This document shows, one piece after another, positions 1 through 7,628 of a stretch of 24,000 bases of DNA. Numbering within the stretch: the first letter of the stretch is position 1; each line of letters starts with the position of its first letter. The position numbers and the translations under genes were made by a program. Under the pieces are notes generated by a model that had not been told where the DNA came from, did not search any database, and saw only the letters and a program-made list of their open reading frames with translations. The stretch is taken from positions 62,054 through 86,053 of the forward strand of contig CAVXIA010000015.1 of the NCBI GenBank assembly GCA_963761675.1. The letters run 5' to 3'. This DNA is from an uncultured Conexibacteraceae bacterium (GTDB taxonomy: Bacteria > Actinomycetota > Thermoleophilia > Solirubrobacterales > Solirubrobacteraceae).

Positions 1-1337
1 CGCTGTTCCTCGCGGAGACCCCGGATCTCGCACTGACGGCGGTGGTCGCGTTGCGGGGCGAGCTCGTGCTTCTGCAGACGCTGGCCCAGGAGACCGGTTG
101 CGTCAGATGGCGAGCACTGGCAGATTGGTGGCGCGCAACGGCATGGCCGGAGCGTGAGCTGCTCGAACGCGATGATCGAGCCCAGATCGATCGGTGCTTG
201 GAGGGCCACAGCCTGACCAGGCCGGACGCGGATCTGATCGACCGATCGGTGTCCGGGCTCGACGTGTTCGCGATTCCCTATGGGCCCGTGAGATCCGGGA
301 TCTTTGAGGCGATCCAGTTTCAGATCGAGACCGGCGGCGAGGACATCACACACCTGCAGACCCGGCCGTTTTTCAAGCACCGCGGCATCGAAGCACGCTT
401 CACCGGTATGGACCCGGAGAACGCCGTGATCGTCGCCGAGCGTGTGGCGGGGATCGCCAGCAACGCCTACGCAAGCGCTTTCTCGGAGGCCGTGGAGCGG
501 GTGGCGGGCGTGAGCGCGCCCCGCCGTGCGCAGCGCTGGCGCGCGGTCTATTGCGAGCTCGAACGGATGGCCTGCCACCTGGACGTGATCGCCAAGGAGG
601 CGGAGACCACGGCGCTGTACGTCGGGCAGGCGCGGTTCCAGATTCTCAAGGAGAGCGTGCAACGGATACGGGCTCAATTGACGGGCAGCCGGTTCGGACG
701 AGGCATGATCGTTCCGGGTGGTGTTCGGGCCGAAGGTGAGCTGAGTCTCGAAGACCTGAGCACGGGGCTTGACGCGCTCGCACGCGATCTGCGACGTGAC
801 TGCCGCATGTTCCTGGGTACCCCGTCGATGACAGATCGCCTGATCGGCAGCGGTCGTCTTGACCGCGCGGTGACAGAGGAGCGGTGCGCTGTGGGTCCGC
901 TCGCACGCGGCTCGGGGATATCCACTGACGCGAGACACGAGCGCCCATACGGTGCGTACGCGCGCCTGGGGGTGCGGGTGATGACCGATCGTGGCGGTGA
1001 CGCGATGGCCAGAATGAGCGTCCGGTTCGCTGAACTATTCGAGTCGCTCCGCCTTGTGCGCCAGACGACGGAGCAGCTTCGCCGCCACGATGGTGAGCTC
1101 CTCGCCGCGATCCCTGAGCACCTCACCGGCACGGCGTGCGGCTGGGCCGAGGCGCCGCAGGGCGAGCTGGTGTTCTGGGTGGAGATGCGGAACGGCGCCG
1201 TGCACCGCGTGCACATCGCTTCACCATCGCTGCGGAACTGGGCGCTGTTCGATGGCGCGTTCCCGAATGATGTGCTGACCGACTTTGCGTTCATAGAGCA
1301 CAGCTTCGGTCTCACCCCCGCGGGAGCTGATCGCTGA
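1..1337 (+). CDS. HycE/NuoC-NuoD-like [NiFe]-hydrogenase large-subunit homolog lacking the Ni-Fe cysteine ligands (5' partial; the frame is open to the window edge)
   Basis: The frame of ORF 42..1337 stays open back to nt 3. A NuoC-like 'AWPERELLERD' segment is followed by NuoD/HycE motifs: 'GPVRSGIFEAIQFQIETGGEDI', 'FFKHRGIE', 'AVGPLARGSGISTDARHERPYGAY', 'AEAPQGELVFWV' and 'IASPSLRNW'. The L1 position reads 'AERVAGIASNAYA' and the C-terminus reads 'FIEHSFGLTPAGADR', so neither has the cysteines. Confidence 0.8.
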   Translation, partial: LFLAETPDLALTAVVALRGELVLLQTLAQETGCVRWRALADWWRATAWPERELLERDDRAQIDRCLEGHSLTRPDADLIDRSVSGLDVFAIPYGPVRSGIFEAIQFQIETGGEDITHLQTRPFFKHRGIEARFTGMDPENAVIVAERVAGIASNAYASAFSEAVERVAGVSAPRRAQRWRAVYCELERMACHLDVIAKEAETTALYVGQARFQILKESVQRIRAQLTGSRFGRGMIVPGGVRAEGELSLEDLSTGLDALARDLRRDCRMFLGTPSMTDRLIGSGRLDRAVTEERCAVGPLARGSGISTDARHERPYGAYARLGVRVMTDRGGDAMARMSVRFAELFESLRLVRQTTEQLRRHDGELLAAIPEHLTGTACGWAEAPQGELVFWVEMRNGAVHRVHIASPSLRNWALFDGAFPNDVLTDFAFIEHSFGLTPAGADR

Positions 1338-1960
1338 TGCTCGAGTGGATCTACCGCGGCCTCAGCAAAGGCCGGATCACAACCACCTACCCACACCGGG
1401 CAGAACACGGCCCCGCTGGCTTCGAGGGCACTGTCGAGATCCTGGCAGCGGGCGAGCGCGAGCGCGCCGCGACCGCGTGCTCTGAGGGGGCGATCGTCGT
1501 GATCGGGGATCCCGCCCGACTCTCGAGTGATGCCTCCGGCCTGCGCCGCTCGATTCATGTGCGCCACATCGACTGCGGTTCCGACGGGTCGGAGGAGTGG
1601 GAGATACATGCGTTGTGGAACCCGCATTACGACATCCAGCGACTGGGGTTCTTCCTCACCAACGCCCCTCGGCACGCCGACGTTCTGTTGGTGACGGGAC
1701 CCGTCACCACACCGTTGCGAGAACCGCTTCGGCGCACCTGGGAGGTCATGCCCGCGCCGAAGGCGCTGATCGCCGTCGGCGACGACGCCTGCGGCATCGG
1801 GTTGCATGCGGACAGAGCAGGCGGGCTGACGGCCGGAGGCGTCGACGGTGTCCTGACAGTCGACGTATATGTGCCCGGCACGCCGCCACCGCCGATCATG
1901 ATCATGCAGGGACTACTGCTTGCAGCCGGCGTTCACACCCCAAGGCAGGTGGCAGCATGA
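1337..1960 (+). CDS. HycG/NuoB-like small-subunit homolog with an N-terminal HycF-like stub; Fe-S ligands largely substituted
   Basis: 'SIHVRHIDCGSDGSEEWEIHALWNPHYDIQRLGF..APRHADVLLVTGPVT', 'KALIAVGDDACGIG', 'GGVDGVLTVDVYVPGTPPPP' are collinear with NuoB/HycG motifs. The N-terminal 'GLSKGRITTTYPHRAEHGPAGFEG' resembles the HycF/NuoI N-terminus. The start overlaps the upstream stop (TGATG at 1335-1339). Confidence 0.8.
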   Translation: MLEWIYRGLSKGRITTTYPHRAEHGPAGFEGTVEILAAGERERAATACSEGAIVVIGDPARLSSDASGLRRSIHVRHIDCGSDGSEEWEIHALWNPHYDIQRLGFFLTNAPRHADVLLVTGPVTTPLREPLRRTWEVMPAPKALIAVGDDACGIGLHADRAGGLTAGGVDGVLTVDVYVPGTPPPPIMIMQGLLLAAGVHTPRQVAA

Positions 1961-3936
1961 ACGTCCTTTTTGCCATCGGAATGAGCCTGCTCGCGCTGGC
2001 CATACCGGTGGCCTGGATATCGCCTTCGACCGCCGGCCCCAGGCTGGGTTCGATCTGCTCGGCGGCCGGCTGTCTGCTGCTTGTAGCTGTTGGGCTTGCG
2101 GCCGCGCTCGGGCGCAGCGAGCCGGTTGTGAATCTCGGATCATGGATCGGGTTCGGTCACAGCGCACTTCGAGCCGACGGACTCGCCGGCATCTTTCTCG
2201 CGCTCACGGGGATCACCGGCGCTGCCGTATCGCTTGCCTACGCTGAGCTACCGGCTGGGAAATGGCTGACGATGCTCTCGAGCGCTCTGATTCTGTTCGT
2301 GGTGGTCGCGATCGGATCAGACAACGGGTTTCTGTTCTTCCTTGCCTGGGAGGCGATCACCGTCTGCGTGTACCTGATTGCAAGCGCCGGCCGCACACAC
2401 GAGGATCTGGTCGGCGGTTACCTGACGGGCGGGCTGGCGAAGCTCGGCGGTGCCGCCCTGCTGGCCGCGTTCGGGTTGCTCTACGGGCATACGCACAGCT
2501 TCTCCCTCGAGGTCTGGCGGCACGCGCACCTCTCCGCGGGAACGCGCGACCTGCTGTTCGCGCTATTCCTCAGCTGCTTCGCGACGAAGGTCGGAGTCCT
2601 TCCGTTGCAGGGCGGACTCCCCGCCGGATACGGGTCGGCCCCGCGGCTCGGGGCCGCGTCATTGTCGGTCGCGTTGTGTGCGGGGTTCTACGGACTCTGG
2701 CGATTCACGTTCGACGTGCTTGGCCCCCTGCCGACGGGATGCGGAGATGCGCTGCTGATCATCGCCTCCCTCACCGCGGTCACGGGGGTCACATACGCGC
2801 TGACACAGAATGACATGCGCGGATTCCTCGGCTACTCGACGGTCGAGCACGCCGGCGTGGCATTGGTCGGATTCGCGGTCGCGCTGCTCGGGCATGCGGC
2901 GCACCAGCCGAAGCTCGCCGCCATCGGCCTTCTCGCGTGCACGCTCCAGGTCTGCGCGCACAACCTCTCAAAGACGCTGTCGCTGATCAGCATCGACCGT
3001 GTGATCTATGCGACTGGAAGGCGAACGATCGACCCTCTCGGCGGGATCTCGCGACTACTGCCGGTCACAGCGGCAACATCCGGGGTCGCCGCGCTCACGC
3101 TGGCCGCGATCCCGCCTCTGGGCGGGTTTGTCAGCGAATGGTTCACGTTCGAGGCGCTGTTGCAGGGCTTCCGCATGCCGACACTGCTGGCACGCTTGCT
3201 CTGCGCTCTGGCGGCGGCGATCCTGGCCTTGACCGCCGGGCTCGGGTTGCTCGCTTTTGCGAAGTACTACGGCTTCGTCTTCCTCGGTCGCGCGCGTGAA
3301 AACCTTGGTGAGGTGCGTGAGCCTTCGAGATGGCCGCTTGGGGCGGGGGCCCTGGCGGTGGTGGTCCTGTTCCTGGGTGCGGCTGCGCCGTGGGAGATAC
3401 ATGTGATCGGAGCTGGCCTGCGCCCTCTGCTCGGATTTGATCTTTCCGCGAGCACGATCAGTCACCCGCTCGTTCTCGGGCCGGTGTTCCAGAACTTCTC
3501 GGTCCTGGACCCAACCTGGCTATGTGTCGTGCTGCCGTGTTATGCGATCGTCGCCGCGACGATCGCCTTCGGCGCGGACAGGCGTCGCGGCGCGCGCCGC
3601 GCCCCGGTCTGGGTGACCGGCAGCGGCGCTGAGCTCGCGGCCGTGCAATACCGGCCGTCGGCGTACTCGAACCCCATGCGCGTGATCCTTCGGGGCCCGC
3701 TCGGTTTCCGACGCCGTCTGTCACCCGTCGCCGGCGACGGCGCCGTGGGGCACCTCGTGCTCGAAACCCGGGTCGTCTTGGTCATCGACCGTTACCTCTA
3801 TCGACCGGCCGCCACGGTTGCGTTGCGGATTGCCGAGCGCGTACGCGCCACCCAATCCGGACGGCTGTCCGTCTATCTGCTGTACATGCTGACGGCCCTG
3901 CTGATCGCCCTGTCCCTCGTCCCCATTCTGCACTGA
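1957..3936 (+). CDS. HycC/HyfB/NuoL-type antiporter-like membrane subunit (proton-conducting membrane transporter family)
   Basis: Polytopic hydrophobic protein of 659 aa from ATG 1957 (ATGA overlap with the upstream stop). 'GFLFFLAWEAITVCVYLI', 'LGGAALLAAFGLLYG' and 'GLWRF' are typical of NuoL/M/N-like subunits. The C-terminal 'VWVTGSGAELAAVQYRPSAYSNPMRVIL' resembles the HycC/HyfB tail. The track ORF start at 1597 is an R-rich off-gene leader. Confidence 0.85.
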   Translation: MNVLFAIGMSLLALAIPVAWISPSTAGPRLGSICSAAGCLLLVAVGLAAALGRSEPVVNLGSWIGFGHSALRADGLAGIFLALTGITGAAVSLAYAELPAGKWLTMLSSALILFVVVAIGSDNGFLFFLAWEAITVCVYLIASAGRTHEDLVGGYLTGGLAKLGGAALLAAFGLLYGHTHSFSLEVWRHAHLSAGTRDLLFALFLSCFATKVGVLPLQGGLPAGYGSAPRLGAASLSVALCAGFYGLWRFTFDVLGPLPTGCGDALLIIASLTAVTGVTYALTQNDMRGFLGYSTVEHAGVALVGFAVALLGHAAHQPKLAAIGLLACTLQVCAHNLSKTLSLISIDRVIYATGRRTIDPLGGISRLLPVTAATSGVAALTLAAIPPLGGFVSEWFTFEALLQGFRMPTLLARLLCALAAAILALTAGLGLLAFAKYYGFVFLGRARENLGEVREPSRWPLGAGALAVVVLFLGAAAPWEIHVIGAGLRPLLGFDLSASTISHPLVLGPVFQNFSVLDPTWLCVVLPCYAIVAATIAFGADRRRGARRAPVWVTGSGAELAAVQYRPSAYSNPMRVILRGPLGFRRRLSPVAGDGAVGHLVLETRVVLVIDRYLYRPAATVALRIAERVRATQSGRLSVYLLYMLTALLIALSLVPILH

Positions 3937-4376
3937 TGTTTCAACGAATCCTGCTCGCTTGGGACGGCTCCGACATCGCCCAGCGCGCCCTCGACGTGGC
4001 CATCGACGTCACCCGCCGTTACGACGCCGAGCTCGTTGCCGTCGCCATCGCATACTCGCCCGCACACGCCGAGACCAAGGCCGACCGCGAGGAGACGGCC
4101 GACGCTGCACACCGGTACCTCAGTCGTACCTTCGACGAGGTTGCCGACCGTGCGCAACGCGCCGGTGTCGATGTCTCCCTCGAGATCATCGACGGAGACA
4201 GCCCCGCCCGCGCGCTCCTCGATTACGCGCACCGGCACGCATTTGACCTGATCGTGTGCGGGCACCACCACAGCGGCCGCGCCGGTCGTCTGCTGCTCAA
4301 GGGTGTAGCCCCCGAGCTGATCGAGGATGGCTGCCCGACGCTGGTCGTGGGCGATGAGGACCCCCTGGCGCCTTGA
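3936..4376 (+). CDS. Universal stress protein (UspA family)
   Basis: 'ILLAWDGSDIAQRALDVAIDV....AELVAVAI', 'DLIVCGHHHSGRAGRLLLKGVAPELIEDGCPTLVV' gives the typical USP architecture. The ATG overlaps the upstream stop (TGATG at 3934-3938). Confidence 0.8.
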   Translation: MFQRILLAWDGSDIAQRALDVAIDVTRRYDAELVAVAIAYSPAHAETKADREETADAAHRYLSRTFDEVADRAQRAGVDVSLEIIDGDSPARALLDYAHRHAFDLIVCGHHHSGRAGRLLLKGVAPELIEDGCPTLVVGDEDPLAP

Positions 4377-5452
4377 ACGACGATTGCCTCAAACTCACGA
4401 CGTACTTCGGGGAGCGGGACCGAACCGACCGCGGTCTCCTGGCCGACGACCTCATGGCCGTCTACGGCGACCATCACGTGGCGGCCGGCATCCTTCTACG
4501 GGGTGCAGAAGGATTCGGCCGGCTCCACCACCTGCACACCGACCGGCTTCTGACGCTGTCCGAAGATCTCCCGGTTGTCTCGATCGCCGTCGACGAGCGC
4601 GCCCGCATCGAGCTGCTGCTGCAAGAGCTGCTTCAAATCAAGCGTCGCGGGCTCATAACCCTTGAACGGGCGCGGCTGTTGTCCGGAGAGATAAGGCAGG
4701 TGCAGCTGCCCGATGAGTTTGGGGAGGCCACGAAGCTGACGGTCTATCTCGGACGCCAGGATCGCGCAGGTGACGCTCCGGCCTACGTTGCGCTCTGTGA
4801 CCTCATGTACCGCCGCGGCCTGGCTGGGGCGAGTGTCTTTCTCGGCGTCGACGGCACGCGTGGCGGCCGTCGAGCGCGCGCGAGGTTGTTCGCTCGCAAC
4901 GCCGATGTACCGATGATGCTGATCGCCGTCGGGTCCGGAGAAGGGATCGCAGAGGTGCTTCCGGAGCTTGGCGGACTGCTCCACGCGCCCCTGATGACAC
5001 TGGAGCGGGTGCGGGTCTGCAAGCGCGACGGCGAGCTGCTCGCAAAGCCGCATGAGCTGCCGGCGACGGACGAGCATGGCCTGGGGATGTGGCAGAAGCT
5101 CATGATCTACACGTCGAACGTCGCGGCGCAACATGACCGCCCTTTGCATATGGAGATCATCCACCGGCTGCAGGCCGAAACCGAGGCAGCCGGCGCCACC
5201 GTGCTACGCGGGATGTGGGGCTACCACGGCGACCATGCGCCACACGGCGACCGCCTTTTGCAGGTCCGACGTCACGTGCCAGTCTGCACGATCGTCATCG
5301 ACCGTCCTGATCGGATCGCTCGGTCGTTTCAGATCATCGACGAGATCACCGCAACGCACGGCCTCGTGACAAGCGAGATGGTTCCGGCGGCACGGGCCAT
5401 GAGCGAAGCTCACATGCGCGGCGGTCTGCGGCTCGCCAGACATCGGTTCTGA
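4373..5452 (+). CDS. Protein with three tandem DUF190 (COG1993, PII-like) domains
   Basis: Three internal repeats of about 105-115 aa each begin with a 'KLT(T/V)Y' or 'KLMIY' strand. Each contains an 'A(G/A)xxLRG..G(F/Y)G' or 'GASVFLGVDG' segment and ends with a 'L(I/M)TLER' or 'LVTSEM' strand, the DUF190 pattern. The TTG start overlaps the USP stop (TTGA at 4373-4376). Confidence 0.75.
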   Translation: MNDDCLKLTTYFGERDRTDRGLLADDLMAVYGDHHVAAGILLRGAEGFGRLHHLHTDRLLTLSEDLPVVSIAVDERARIELLLQELLQIKRRGLITLERARLLSGEIRQVQLPDEFGEATKLTVYLGRQDRAGDAPAYVALCDLMYRRGLAGASVFLGVDGTRGGRRARARLFARNADVPMMLIAVGSGEGIAEVLPELGGLLHAPLMTLERVRVCKRDGELLAKPHELPATDEHGLGMWQKLMIYTSNVAAQHDRPLHMEIIHRLQAETEAAGATVLRGMWGYHGDHAPHGDRLLQVRRHVPVCTIVIDRPDRIARSFQIIDEITATHGLVTSEMVPAARAMSEAHMRGGLRLARHRF

Positions 5453-5483
5453 CCGCGGTCGGTGGCTCCCCTGTCTAGAGTTC

Positions 5484-5891
5484 ATGGCGATGACCTTGCG
5501 GACCAGCGGAATCAGGCAGCCGAGCATCTGGGCGAGCGTCGTCAGCCACGACGCGCCCGGGTTGCGCGGCTGGCTGCTTGCACTCGGATTCACACAGGAT
5601 CTGATGATCCCAGGGGAGAGCGAGGGTTCGATCCACCACTGCCAACTCGATTGGCCCGAGGGTGGTCGTGTGCTGCTCTCGAGCACCGACGAGCGTCCAA
5701 CCCCCTGCCGGCCCGGTACCAGCTCGCTGCACGTCGTCACCGCAGACCCTGACGCCGTGATGGCTCGCGCAGTCTCGCTGGGAGCGGTTGTGATTCACCC
5801 ACTCACCGATCAGACCGACTACCCGTCACGCGACTGCACGATCGCGGACCCTGACGGGAATCATTGGACATTCGCGACCTTCGCCGGATGA
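5484..5891 (+). CDS. VOC (glyoxalase/bleomycin-resistance/dioxygenase) family protein
   Basis: Size of 135 aa, with 'LRGWLLALGFTQD' near the N-terminus and a C-terminal 'DYPSRDCTIADPDGNHWTFA', the pattern typical of small VOC-fold proteins. Confidence 0.65.
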   Translation: MAMTLRTSGIRQPSIWASVVSHDAPGLRGWLLALGFTQDLMIPGESEGSIHHCQLDWPEGGRVLLSSTDERPTPCRPGTSSLHVVTADPDAVMARAVSLGAVVIHPLTDQTDYPSRDCTIADPDGNHWTFATFAG

Positions 5892-7048
5892 GGCCGAGCC
5901 CTGCTGCCAGCTCGCGCTCGTCTGTCGGCATGGTCGGCGCCGGACAGCTTGCCCGGATGGCCTGGCAGGCCGCGATCTCGCTGGATCTCGAGCTGGTCTG
6001 CCTCGGTGCGCAGGGCGATGCCGCCGCGCGGGCCGGGGTTTCGCTGCTTGAGGGGTCGGGTCGGGACGGATCGGCCCTGGGCGTGCTTGCGAAGCATTGC
6101 GATGTGCTGACGTTCGAGCATGAACTCGTGGACCTCGCGGCTGTGGCTGGGCTGGAGGCTGGAGGAACGCCGGTGCGCCCCTCCAGCGCGGCGCTGGAGC
6201 TGGCCGTGGACAAGCTCCGGCAGCGGAGGACATTGTCGGACTTGGATGGGGTTGCTGTTCCGGCACACGCTTCCGCCGGCGCCGTCACCGACGTCCACGC
6301 CTTCGCCGCGGCGCATGGATGGCCAGTGGTTCTGAAGGCGCGCAGTGGTGGGTACGACGGTCGAGGCGTCTGGATGTGCATCGACCGGAGGGATGCCGAA
6401 GCGGCCTTCGCCGAGGCGACCACGGCCGGCCTCGAACTCTACGTCGAGGAGGCGGTTGAACTCGCTCAGGAGCTTGCCGTCATCGTCGCACGCTCACCCT
6501 CGGGTGATCTAGCCGTTTACGCACCGGTCGAGACCCAACAGGTCGATGGCATGTGCCGCTCGGTGCTGATGCCGGCCGGAATCCCGGAGACGATGGCCCT
6601 GGAGGTCGAGAACCTGGCGCGGACGCTCGCCGAGCACATCCGGCTGGAGGGGCTCATGGCCGTTGAGCTGTTCGTGACGCGCGATCGTCGTCTGCTGGTG
6701 AACGAACTGGCTCTGCGGACCCACAACACGGGACACCTTCACACCGAGGCCTCCGTCACCTCGCAGTTCGAGCAGCACCTGCGCGCGGTCCTCGACCTGC
6801 CCCTCGGGCTCACGACCCCGGTCGCGGCGGCGGCCGCGATGGTCAACGTGGTGGGACCGCGTGACGGTTCGGACCCGGCATCGCGCTTGGCGGACGCGCT
6901 GAGCGTACCGGGGGCCCGTGTGCATCTTTACGGCAAGAGCGCACGGCCCGGACGCAAGCTCGGGCATGTCACGGTCTGCGCCGACACGCCTGAGGAGGCG
7001 CTTGCTCGGGCGCGGGAGGCAGCCGATAGGCTGGAGCGGGATGTCTGA
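5888..7048 (+). CDS. purK: N5-carboxyaminoimidazole ribonucleotide synthase
   Basis: '[12 protein letters not shown]', 'VLTFEHE', '[19 protein letters not shown]', '[11 protein letters not shown]', 'GRKLGHVTV' form the ATP-grasp PurK signature, and the gene sits next to purE. ATG 5888 forms an ATGA overlap with the VOC stop. ATG 5930 is an alternative start. Confidence 0.9.
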   Translation: MRPSPAASSRSSVGMVGAGQLARMAWQAAISLDLELVCLGAQGDAAARAGVSLLEGSGRDGSALGVLAKHCDVLTFEHELVDLAAVAGLEAGGTPVRPSSAALELAVDKLRQRRTLSDLDGVAVPAHASAGAVTDVHAFAAAHGWPVVLKARSGGYDGRGVWMCIDRRDAEAAFAEATTAGLELYVEEAVELAQELAVIVARSPSGDLAVYAPVETQQVDGMCRSVLMPAGIPETMALEVENLARTLAEHIRLEGLMAVELFVTRDRRLLVNELALRTHNTGHLHTEASVTSQFEQHLRAVLDLPLGLTTPVAAAAAMVNVVGPRDGSDPASRLADALSVPGARVHLYGKSARPGRKLGHVTVCADTPEEALARAREAADRLERDV

Positions 7049-7556
7049 ACCGATCGTCGGCGTGGTCATGGGGTCTGACAGCGACCTGAGCGTCATGAGC
7101 CAGGCCACCGCAGTGCTCGATGACCTCGGTGTGCCCGTGGAAACGCGGGTGGTGTCGGCCCACCGCACCCCGGTCGAGATGATCGCCTACGGACAGCAGG
7201 CTGAGGCGCGGGGTCTGGCCGTGATCATCGCCGGCGCCGGTGGCGCGGCTCACCTTCCCGGGATGCTGGCCGCGGTCACCTGCCTGCCGGTGATCGGTGT
7301 ACCTGTGTCGCTCAAGAATCTCGATGGGCTGGACAGTCTGTTGTCGATCGTGCAGATGCCCAAGGGCGTTCCGGTCGCGACCGTCGCCATTGACGGTGCT
7401 CGTAACGCCGGACTGCTGGCCGCCAGGATCCTCGCGGTGCGGGACCTCGATCTGCGCGAGCGGCTGCGTGGTTTCGCCGACGCACAGGCCCAGGCCGCAC
7501 TTGAGGCCGACGCGCGGGTCCGGCAAGGGGAGACCTTCCCGCGGAAAGGTTCTTGA
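7041..7556 (+). CDS. purE: N5-CAIR mutase (class I PurE)
   Basis: '[14 protein letters not shown]', 'VVSAHRTP', '[15 protein letters not shown]', 'PVIGVPV', '[16 protein letters not shown]'. The ATG at 7041 overlaps the purK end by 8 nt. Confidence 0.92.
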   Translation: MSEPIVGVVMGSDSDLSVMSQATAVLDDLGVPVETRVVSAHRTPVEMIAYGQQAEARGLAVIIAGAGGAAHLPGMLAAVTCLPVIGVPVSLKNLDGLDSLLSIVQMPKGVPVATVAIDGARNAGLLAARILAVRDLDLRERLRGFADAQAQAALEADARVRQGETFPRKGS

Positions 7557-7628
7557 GACCTCAGGTATCCGGGCTGGGACCCGGCGGCAGCGCTGGCCGC
7601 GAGCCGTGCCTCGCTTGGCACGCCGAGC

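Noticed and set aside
674-1807. Long antisense or alternate-frame ORFs throughout the track (e.g. 674..1807 -, 4496..5164 -, 5803..6423 -, 6509..7168 -, 7632..8507 +, 10209..11204 +, 12314..13108 +, 13427..14251 -, 13894..14670 +, 15658..16278 -, 16546..17412 -, 18826..19680 -, 19882..20481 -).
   Set aside because: Their translations are Arg/Pro/Ala/Gly-rich low-complexity strings with no recognisable motifs. Each is fully shadowed by a gene with clear family motifs on the other strand or frame. This is the typical stop-codon-poor artefact of GC-rich DNA.
1597-1956. Upstream extension of the antiporter-like ORF (track start at 1597).
   Set aside because: The extension is R-rich nonsense that overlaps the well-supported HycG-like gene. 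ATG 1957 gives a hydrophobic N-terminus and an ATGA overlap with the upstream stop.
1-5452. Possibility that the cysteine-less hydrogenase-like genes are simply decaying pseudogenes.
   Set aside because: It cannot be excluded without orthologs, but I do not favour it. All five frames are intact over more than 5 kb, and fold-defining motifs are conserved while only the ligand positions changed. Precise stop/start overlaps are also maintained.
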